Shown: positions 49,359 through 56,271 of the stretch, piece by piece | Layout: each line of letters begins with the position of its first letter | How positions within the stretch are numbered: position 1 is the stretch's first letter | IMG/VR virus record: IMGVR_UViG_3300020576_005736 | DNA length: 64,000 nt | Reading direction: 5' to 3' (one strand) | Source of the DNA: an uncultured virus (IMG/VR IMGVR_UViG_3300020576_005736) | Lineage: Duplodnaviria; Heunggongvirae; Uroviricota; Caudoviricetes | The notes under the pieces: model-generated | What the model was told of the DNA's origin: nothing | The model's input: only the letters and a program-made list of their open reading frames with translations | The model's database searches: none | Translations under genes and position numbers: made by a program

Positions 49359-49806
49359 GAATCTCCTCCTTCTTGATGTAGTATCTCGGGAACTGGACTG
49401 ACTCGAGACGAGAGATGGTAGTCTCGAGAGTTGTGGTGAACGTCTCCTCCTCGGGAGGAAGCAGCCTTCCCATGTCACATCGTCGGTGCACGTGGTCCAG
49501 AACTGCTCGAAGCGCGTAGCTCACGTTGTCTCGACGGTCGCGGCGCGCCGCGCCGCGCTTACGCCCGGAGGCGTAATGCTGGAACTTTAGCACATCGTCG
49601 GCATCGACCGAGAGAGGCTCTGGGATCCTGAGACTGTCCAGCTCGTCAGCTACATTTCTGAGCAACTGCACGCGAGCCATACCATTCAGGCGAGTATCTC
49701 CCCGGTCCGTCACCCCTCGTATGTCGGACACGAGAGACTGGAGTTCCGACCGGGCAATTGCAAGAGCCTCTCGGACTGACGTCCTGTAGGTCTTGACAGG
49801 CATCAC
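49342..49806 (-). CDS. hypothetical protein
   Basis: Overlapping operon gene with AGGAG RBS. Confidence 0.6.
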   Translation of the reverse strand: MMPVKTYRTSVREALAIARSELQSLVSDIRGVTDRGDTRLNGMARVQLLRNVADELDSLRIPEPLSVDADDVLKFQHYASGRKRGAARRDRRDNVSYALRAVLDHVHRRCDMGRLLPPEEETFTTTLETTISRLESVQFPRYYIKKEEIHGIAN

Positions 49807-50123
49807 ATGTCTCCTTCCTTGGCGGAGTAGAGCAGGAGGACAAAGTCCGCTGCAGGGTCCTGCCCGTTCATGATCTCCATGGAGTCAGAGAAGGCAGGAA
49901 GCATACAGGGCGACCGACCATCGCACCACTTCTTGACCTCGTCAGCGATGCTGAACTTCATAGACTTGATCTGGAGGTATCGCTCGATGTTGTCGAGCAT
50001 GGGGCGAGTCATCGGACCGCCAGAGAGGCTCGGACCTCTCGACTCGATCCCACCCTCACGAAGAGCCGTCGTGACTCCAAGGAAGAGGTTGGGATGGGAA
50101 CTCTGATCGTACATAATGTTCAT
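49803..50123 (-). CDS. hypothetical protein
   Basis: GAGGAG RBS downstream of a TTTACT promoter. Confidence 0.6.
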   Translation of the reverse strand: MNIMYDQSSHPNLFLGVTTALREGGIESRGPSLSGGPMTRPMLDNIERYLQIKSMKFSIADEVKKWCDGRSPCMLPAFSDSMEIMNGQDPAADFVLLLYSAKEGDM

Positions 50124-50154
50124 GGCATCTCCTCGCCGTTCTACCTATACCCTA

Positions 50155-50183
50155 ATACTACGCTATCTGCAGGGCGTAGTAAA
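50155..50183 (-). promoter_or_regulatory. TTTACT-N17-TAGTAT promoter
   Basis: Near-identical to the copy at 51960-51988. Confidence 0.7.
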
Positions 50184-50186
50184 GGG

Positions 50187-50459
50187 CTAAATTTGCATCA
50201 TGTCCAGATGATTGACCAGCGGAAGGAACGGACGAGGCATCTCGAGAAATGCACGAAGCTCCGGAAGAGCTCCGTCAGGACTCCTCATGACCAGCTCGGT
50301 GACCTCAGAGGAGGAGACGAACTCCTCATTCTTCGGAGCTCCAGGCCCAATCTGATGAACACGAGTCCAGCCGCCAGGCTGATCAGGAGTTCTGCGGATC
50401 TCGATCCGTCCCATGTACATGGTCTTCTGATAGACCACAGCGTCCTTCTTCTTAGACAT
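50187..50459 (-). CDS. hypothetical protein
   Basis: GAGGAG RBS. Confidence 0.55.
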   Translation of the reverse strand: MSKKKDAVVYQKTMYMGRIEIRRTPDQPGGWTRVHQIGPGAPKNEEFVSSSEVTELVMRSPDGALPELRAFLEMPRPFLPLVNHLDMMQI

Positions 50460-50673
50460 CTTTGACTCCTCTCTGGATGCTGAGAACGACGCGGGTTTTG
50501 TAGTCAGAAGCTGAGTTCTCCTGGAAGATCTTCGTTCCCTCAACACAAAGGTTCAGGAAGACCTGAGGATCAAGAGCCACAACCTTGTGCTTATGATGAT
50601 TGACTGCCAGCCACAGCTGGTAACCATCGAAAGACAGGTAGACTCCATCTCCAATATGAGTGGATTTCACCAT
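50452..50673 (-). CDS. small conserved phage protein
   Basis: HIGDGVY.SFDGYQLWL...VALDP.V motif. Confidence 0.65.
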   Translation of the reverse strand: MVKSTHIGDGVYLSFDGYQLWLAVNHHKHKVVALDPQVFLNLCVEGTKIFQENSASDYKTRVVLSIQRGVKDV

Positions 50674-50897
50674 TTCTGGTCTCCTGTCTTCGAGCCGACG
50701 GCCCAGCGATTGTCGGTCCACACTGCGAAGAAGTAAGCCTTGAGCTCCTCCGACACAGTGAAGTACGAGCGAACGTGGTCGGGGAGTTCGTGCTCCTGGA
50801 CCTGAGTTGTGTGCTTCCGCTTCTCGTCGTAGATGAGGAAGGGAGCGTTGACCGGAAAGAGCGGTCGCTGAATCTTGACGATCTGATCAGTCATCAC
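50667..50897 (-). CDS. hypothetical protein
   Basis: IVKIQRPL...LIYD...KAYF.A motif. Confidence 0.55.
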   Translation of the reverse strand: MMTDQIVKIQRPLFPVNAPFLIYDEKRKHTTQVQEHELPDHVRSYFTVSEELKAYFFAVWTDNRWAVGSKTGDQKW

Positions 50898-51399
50898 ACG
50901 CTCCAGAAGTCACGACAGGCACTGCGGAACTCCAGAGAGTTTCTCTCCCAGATCTGTCGGCGCATCTCATCGAGAGACTCCTGTCTAGCAGTGAGGACAT
51001 CATCAGTGAGAACATCACACTGCTCGTCTGCACTCAGAGCATCTGAGCACGTCTGGTAGATCTCAGCACAGACGTCCAGAGAGACAGAGTCCTCAGAGGT
51101 CAGGAACTCTCGGATCTTCTCGTCCTCCACGTGGTCCCATGGACCCATAGTCCACTCAACCGACGGCCAGTAGACGATGACTCCGAGCCCCATGCTGTCT
51201 GCGTGCGAGTCCCGTATCATATCTGACAGCTGGTCAACATCGAGATTCGAGCACCTGACCATCCGAGAGATGATCTCGTTCTGCCCGGGACCGTCAACGC
51301 CCACACAGGAGCGTCCGTACATTCCTCGTCCGGAGTAGGACCGAGGTCTGAGTCCAACGCCTTCAGAGCGCGGACCAGAGTATCACAATCAATATTCAT
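50894..51399 (-). pseudogene. frameshifted hypothetical gene (RSYSGRGMYG..C motif)
   Basis: ATG 51399 frame and the downstream frame join with a 1-nt shift near 51363. Confidence 0.5.
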
Positions 51400-51465
51400 T
51401 CTTGCTTCTCCGCTTTGGGTGTCTCCCGAGGATCAGTCCTCGGGAGTGTCTCTCGGTGAGGAGGA

Positions 51466-51687
51466 TCAGTCCTCGTCGTCCTCATCTTCGTGATCGTTGA
51501 CCTCCTCGACCTCGTAGGCGGAGTCCTCCTCGTACCACTCAGCACCCTCGAAGATCTTGTGATGAGGATTGTCCTCGTCGGCTCCAGCCTCGACCATCTC
51601 CGTGGCCTTGTCCTCGTCCTCAGCCTCCACAGTGATCGTAGCGACATGGAGGACAGTGCGAGCAACCTTCACGTCAAACTTGGGCAT
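51466..51687 (-). CDS. small acidic hypothetical protein
   Basis: MPKFDVKV...ITVEAEDEDKA; GAGGAG RBS. Confidence 0.6.
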   Translation of the reverse strand: MPKFDVKVARTVLHVATITVEAEDEDKATEMVEAGADEDNPHHKIFEGAEWYEEDSAYEVEEVNDHEDEDDED

Positions 51688-51959
51688 CTTGCATCTCCTC
51701 GGTCCTGACTCGTCAGCGCCGGACGGACCAATCTCCTGGCGGACACGCTCACTGAGCGTGTTTCGTCTTCGCATGCTGATCGCCTACGGGAACCAGATCT
51801 CGGCAGTCGCTCAGGGGAGCGCGGCTCGGCAGGATCTTCGCGACAGCCCACCTCACTGTACCGATGACGACGGACAGCAGGACGAGCAACTCAACAACCT
51901 CAATGATAAGAGCAAGCATTCGGACCATGATAATCTCCTCTGGCGGCTTTATAAGTATA

Positions 51960-51988
51960 ATACTACGCTATCTGCGCGGCGTAGTAAA
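51960..51988 (-). promoter_or_regulatory. TTTACT-N17-TAGTAT promoter
   Basis: TTTAC promoter family. Confidence 0.7.
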
Positions 51989-52002
51989 GCTTCATTTTTG
52001 CA

Positions 52003-52221
52003 TCAGCCTCGCTTCCATGACCACGGACGAGGCGGACGCGACCACACATGAGTCTCGACTGCGCCCTGACGGAACTCAGCGTTCATGCGAGCAATGGCTG
52101 CATCGAGAGTCTCCTCCTCGGTCACAGTGACCCGTCCGTCCGACCAGTCAGTGACAACTGCGTGCTCAGCGATGTCGGGGAGGCGAGCGAGGCCGAGTCT
52201 CAGGCGGAACCATCTCAGCAT
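52003..52221 (-). CDS. hypothetical protein
   Basis: AGGAG RBS. Confidence 0.5.
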   Translation of the reverse strand: MLRWFRLRLGLARLPDIAEHAVVTDWSDGRVTVTEEETLDAAIARMNAEFRQGAVETHVWSRPPRPWSWKRG

Positions 52222-52230
52222 GGTGATCTC

Positions 52231-52371
52231 CTATCGGTAGAGTGAGTGATGACACACGTCGTATGAGTGAGTCTCGAGACACCGAGCCATCGCATCACGG
52301 TCGGACAGACCGGACAGACAGACCCAGACGATGAGGAGCAGCGCTCCTCCGAGCAGTATGCGATCGGTCAT
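52231..52371 (-). CDS. small secreted/membrane protein (46 aa)
   Basis: GGAGGAG RBS; MTDRILLGGALLLIVWVC... Confidence 0.45.
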   Translation of the reverse strand: MTDRILLGGALLLIVWVCLSGLSDRDAMARCLETHSYDVCHHSLYR

Positions 52372-52565
52372 CTCTTCTCCTCCGCTGAGAACCACAGGCA
52401 GTCCTCAGACTCACTGAACCACTGAACCACCTTCGGACGATACTTCTCATCGATCTTCAGATGAATCTCATTCGGGTTGTCCTGACGGACGTTCTCCGCA
52501 CGGATCTTTCGTTTAATGAGCTGAGCGTTCACCGCATGGGACGGTGCCTTCGCGATCACAAGCAT
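52368..52565 (-). CDS. hypothetical protein within a direct-repeat-bounded insert
   Basis: GAGGA RBS. Confidence 0.5.
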   Translation of the reverse strand: MLVIAKAPSHAVNAQLIKRKIRAENVRQDNPNEIHLKIDEKYRPKVVQWFSESEDCLWFSAEEKR

Positions 52566-52694
52566 GGTGTGGTTCCTCGTTAGCCTCAGCTCACCGTCGG
52601 GTGATCTGGTGCTGGTTGCTGCGCGTGGTGCGCCTTGGTCAGAGCATAATCGCTCACGGATAGGGCGGCGCTCGTCCGAGCAGTATGCGATCGG

Positions 52695-53015
52695 TCATTT
52701 CTCCACCTCCGCAGTACGACGCCAGACTCGAACACCAGGGGTCGGAGGGTGCTCCTTCCCGTCGTCAGTCCACGACTCGGTGGTCTGCTTCGTGATGAGG
52801 AAGTACAGGATCCTTCCGCTCTGCCGGAACTGTACTGCCCGGACGCTGATGCGTCGCTGGAGGACGGCAGGAGAACAGTTGTACGCTGACGCTGGTACGA
52901 AGAAGGAGTCGCCCTCTTCCAGTGCACAGATGACCTCCGACAGATCGGAGGTGCCCCGAGAGCCGGAGCTTCGACCAGTGGGTACAGGGATATTCTTCTG
53001 AATCGTGATGCTCAT
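52695..53015 (-). CDS. putative small DNA-binding protein
   Basis: IQKNIPVP...LEEGDSFFVP...GVRVWR motif. Confidence 0.6.
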   Translation of the reverse strand: MSITIQKNIPVPTGRSSGSRGTSDLSEVICALEEGDSFFVPASAYNCSPAVLQRRISVRAVQFRQSGRILYFLITKQTTESWTDDGKEHPPTPGVRVWRRTAEVEK

Positions 53016-53428
53016 GACAGACCTCCTGAGAAGATGAACGTGGTGAGGGCACCCCCCTCCTGGAACCAACAGTCCGTGAAAGACACGATAGTGATGTCTT
53101 GGTACGAATACTTCACCATCTCCACAATGCAGCCAGTCTCCTTGTTCTCCCAGATCACCGTTTTGCTCGACTTCGGGGCCTCCGCGAAGATCGTCCGAAC
53201 CATCGCTCCGACCAGCCACCCCATCTCACGAAAGTCATCCTCCTCGCTCTCCGAGAAGAAGATAGCCGCTCTTCCAGGGAGTCTGCGTACAGTATCCTCC
53301 CACTGGTCCAGATCGAACTCCTTGCGGAACTCGGCCACGGACTGAGGAAGTCCGTCCGGAGATGCCATCTTGATCACCTCGTCTAGGGCATGGCTGAATG
53401 AGGGAAGAAGAACAGTTGCTTTGGTCAT
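53012..53428 (-). CDS. hypothetical protein
   Basis: First gene after the 53513 promoter (alternative start 53482). Confidence 0.55.
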   Translation of the reverse strand: MTKATVLLPSFSHALDEVIKMASPDGLPQSVAEFRKEFDLDQWEDTVRRLPGRAAIFFSESEEDDFREMGWLVGAMVRTIFAEAPKSSKTVIWENKETGCIVEMVKYSYQDITIVSFTDCWFQEGGALTTFIFSGGLS

Positions 53429-53512
53429 CACAGATTCTCCGAGCTCTTCTTGAGAATAACGTAGTTCATCAGTACCTCCCATAGTGCTAGTTAGCTATAC
53501 GCTAATAAACTT

Positions 53513-53541
53513 ATTATACGTATAGCCTAAACGCAAGTAAA
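53513..53541 (-). promoter_or_regulatory. TTTACT-N17-TATAAT promoter
   Basis: Consensus -10 with TTTACT -35. Confidence 0.75.
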
Positions 53542-53611
53542 GCGGTATTTTACGATGAGCGACCGGCGGAGCTCGCACGGAGCGACGAAAACCCCACCCG
53601 GACGAATCGGG

Positions 53612-53697
53612 CGGAGCGACGGACAAAGAGGACACGGAGCGACGGACAAAGAGGACACGGAGCGACGGACAAAGAGGACACGGAGCGACGGACAAAG
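53612..53697 (+). repeat. 23-bp tandem repeat x~3.7
   Basis: Unit CGGAGCGACGGACAAAGAGGACA, with no T on the + strand. Confidence 0.9.
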
Positions 53698-53712
53698 TAC
53701 CGACGCGCGAAA

Positions 53713-53740
53713 GCCGCCCTAGGGCAGACCCTAGGGCGGC
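53713..53740 (-). terminator. hairpin downstream of the 51-aa ORF
   Basis: GCCGCCCTAGGG-CAGA-CCCTAGGGCGGC, followed by TTT on the minus strand. Confidence 0.55.
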
Positions 53741-53759
53741 CAGCGGAGAGGATAGCGGA

Positions 53760-53915
53760 CTAGGCCAAGTAGCCGGCGGACCGAAGCCACGTAGCCGTAG
53801 CCGCAAGGCGACGCGCCCGAGCGGCGGCGCGGCGCGCAGGGACGGACGGACAAACGCGGACGGGCACACCGGCGCAAGCGAATACAAGGTAGCGGCGGAG
53901 AGCGGACTTAGACAT
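53760..53915 (-). CDS. 51-aa basic protein with no D/E/H/Q (not in ORF track)
   Basis: MSKSALRRYLVFACAGVPVRVCPSVPARRAAARARRLAATATWLRSAGYLA; same TAGGGGTTA-NNN-ATG RBS as the upstream gene. Confidence 0.6.
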   Translation of the reverse strand: MSKSALRRYLVFACAGVPVRVCPSVPARRAAARARRLAATATWLRSAGYLA

Positions 53916-53999
53916 AGATAACCCCTAAGAAAGAATAGGATATAAGCGGTAAAGCTAGGCGGGGTAGCCCGCCTAGCGCGTAGCGCGTAGCGCGTAGCG

Positions 54000-54299
54000 C
54001 TACCCTACCAAAAGGTAGCCCTTACGTATATCGTATAAAAAATCGGCCCGGTTAGCGCCGTTTTTTACCGCTAGCGCTTGGGCTAGCGTAAACGGGGCGG
54101 CGGGGTAAAGCGCGTAGCGCGCGTAGGCGGCGCTACCGGGTTTTTTGGGGTTAGGCGTAACCGCCGTTACGGTTACGGTTAGCGGCGCGCCGCCTACGTA
54201 GGCGGTAGGGTTACGCGGCGCTACCGCGTTAGCTACCGGCGGTAGCGTAGCGGCGGTAGGCGTAGCGGCGGTAGGCGTAGCGGCGGTAGCGTTAGGCAT
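54000..54299 (-). CDS. NPKKPGS-domain protein encoded almost without TG/TC/CA/GA
   Basis: PNPKKPGSAAYARYALY...ADFLYDIRKGYL; homology to four paralogues supports it being a real gene. Confidence 0.8.
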   Translation of the reverse strand: MPNATAATPTAATPTAATLPPVANAVAPRNPTAYVGGAPLTVTVTAVTPNPKKPGSAAYARYALYPAAPFTLAQALAVKNGANRADFLYDIRKGYLLVG

Positions 54300-54383
54300 T
54301 TGTAACCCCTAGTTAGCCCCTAGCGGGGCGGGTAGCCCCTAGCGGGGCGGGTAGGGCTAGCTACCTAGCTAACCCTTAAACTA

Positions 54384-54412
54384 ACCTTATACCCTAGCCC
54401 CTAGCCCGTAAA
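54384..54412 (-). promoter_or_regulatory. TTTACG-N17-TAAGGT promoter for the island gene
   Basis: TTTAC family, with AT-rich upstream sequence. Confidence 0.6.
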
Positions 54413-55089
54413 GTTATTTAATACTTATGGTATACTACGGCTAAACTATAGCTATACTTTACTAGGTTTTTTTACCTAGTAACTATACTTATATTAGGTA
54501 TAATACCCTAAATGGTTACTACGCTATACTACTATTAGCCTTTAGTATAATATACTAAAGTATTAGCCGCCCGTATAGGGCTAGGTATACGGTGGTGGTC
54601 GGTCGGACCGTGGCTAATTCACGTGTTTCCAGGTCACTCTTCTGACAATATCTGACACAGCTGCTGGGTGGGATCCTGGCAATCTCTCTGTCCAGCTTCT
54701 CGCATACAAGCATTGTTCTCTCCTGCTCTCTGTCCCGACTATACAGTACCACCGTCTCGTAGTATAGGCGCTACGCGGGCGGCGGTAGTAGGGCGGCTGC
54801 GAGGTAGCTGGGGACCGCTGGGAGGGTCGCTGGAGCCTGTGGTAGCGGGCGGCGGTAGTAGGGCGCGGGGCGGCGGCTAAGGCGGTCCTGTGAGGATGGG
54901 AGGGGCGCGGCTATAGGGCATCTGACATTGACGACTGAGTGGTTATTCTGTCATCAGGATGAGGTTAGGGTATGGAGGGCTGGGGACAGAGAGCGGCGCA
55001 GCCCGAACCTCGTACACATGACGTGAGTCCTCATGCAGAGATCAGTATTACGTCACCAATAGTTTAAGCGCGCACCCTATTAGCACCCT

Positions 55090-55427
55090 TAATAGGTGCA
55101 TATGTACAGCTAACCCCTTGTAATATAAGGACTTTTCAGCCCTCGCGTACGCACGCCTATATACGTGTCGCAGGTAAAAAATTTTCGTGCCGCCAGAAAA
55201 TAGACGACTAATATTCGTAATAAGCCAATAACACTCTTATATTTCAATAACTTAGATCCTATTAGTCCGCCTATTACGCCTTTCCAGAGGTTCCGATCTA
55301 ATAGCTTTTTACGTGGATCTGAATAATCGGGGAGGGCGTAGCTGTTCAAGATTACGAGATACTTGCTCACATGACGTATATATGCGCGCGTGGGGGATTG
55401 TGCCAGAACTCCTCCCCGGCTATACTT
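55090..55427. repeat. AT-rich element, inverted homologue of 22641-22950
   Basis: GCAGGTAAAAAATTTT, GTAATAAGCCAATAA, TCGGGGAGGGCG, CTCACATGACGT, CTCCCCGGCTATAC. Confidence 0.7.
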
Positions 55428-55448
55428 GTCTGAAAGTAGGAGGATCTC

Positions 55449-55667
55449 ATGACAAAGAGAGCGACGTTCGTCCTTCCTTCGGGGAAGGTGCTTCAGCTCA
55501 CTGAGCGTAAGGCTCAGCGAAAGACAGCTATCAACAAGACGAAGACAAAGATCCAGGAGCTTCTTCAGTCAGCAGACAGCACACGAACAACAAGGAAGAT
55601 GACTCCAGAAGAGGTCAGAGAGCAGCTGAGATGGAATAAGGATGTACACAATGCACGCAACAGCTGA
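55449..55667 (+). CDS. hypothetical basic protein
   Basis: AGGAGG RBS. Confidence 0.55.
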   Translation: MTKRATFVLPSGKVLQLTERKAQRKTAINKTKTKIQELLQSADSTRTTRKMTPEEVREQLRWNKDVHNARNS

Positions 55668-56184
55668 GCTCGTACGATCAGTACTTCGATGGTCTCTCAC
55701 TGTGGTTGCACACGAGGAGGCTGCGCACGGGCGCTTTCCCGGTCCCCGCATCTCTCAGTTCTGCCTCGGTAATCTGATGTCCAGGACTGACCCTGCGACT
55801 GCTGCTGCCATCGCCAAGGAGATCGCCGAGATCGAGAAGGCGGAGGAGACAGACATCTACATGGACTCGCTCATCTCCTGTATCAGAGCAAGCTGGGGAC
55901 AGAGAGCTCCTGGCAAGCCGCGCAGAACAGGAGCCGAGGACACTGTCATGGTGGCGAGCCGAATGGTCTCTGCTCTCAGACAGTTCAGCAACAGCCAGGA
56001 CAGAGAACTCATGGAGGTGTGCTGCTCTGTGAAGACCTGGAAGCAGGTGGAGAAACTGATGCCAGGTAGAGTCTGGTCGTCTATTCGGGACGACTTCGAG
56101 AAGCTCTCTCGACGCTTCTACCTGAAGGAGAGCCACACAGTCTGCGCGACCGCAGAGTTCATTACTCAGCTCTCCAAGAAGTGA
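55642..56184 (+). CDS. hypothetical protein (position typical of a late regulator)
   Basis: ORF immediately upstream of the late promoter and terS. Confidence 0.5.
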   Translation: MYTMHATAELVRSVLRWSLTVVAHEEAAHGRFPGPRISQFCLGNLMSRTDPATAAAIAKEIAEIEKAEETDIYMDSLISCIRASWGQRAPGKPRRTGAEDTVMVASRMVSALRQFSNSQDRELMEVCCSVKTWKQVEKLMPGRVWSSIRDDFEKLSRRFYLKESHTVCATAEFITQLSKK

Positions 56185-56271
56185 CAGAAAATAATTTCGG
56201 CGACGAGAACTTTTTAGCTTGTGTTTTTCTGCCAACTAGGCTAAACTCGGTATAATGAGGAGATTCCGCCA

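Noticed and set aside
53612..53697. CRISPR-like array
   Set aside because: Units are contiguous with no unique spacers, and no cas genes are present
53495..53887. 130-aa minus-strand ORF in the track
   Set aside because: No RBS; it runs through the tandem repeat, hairpin and a promoter; its openness is explained by the lack of TGA in a GA-free strand. The 53760-53915 frame has the conserved RBS
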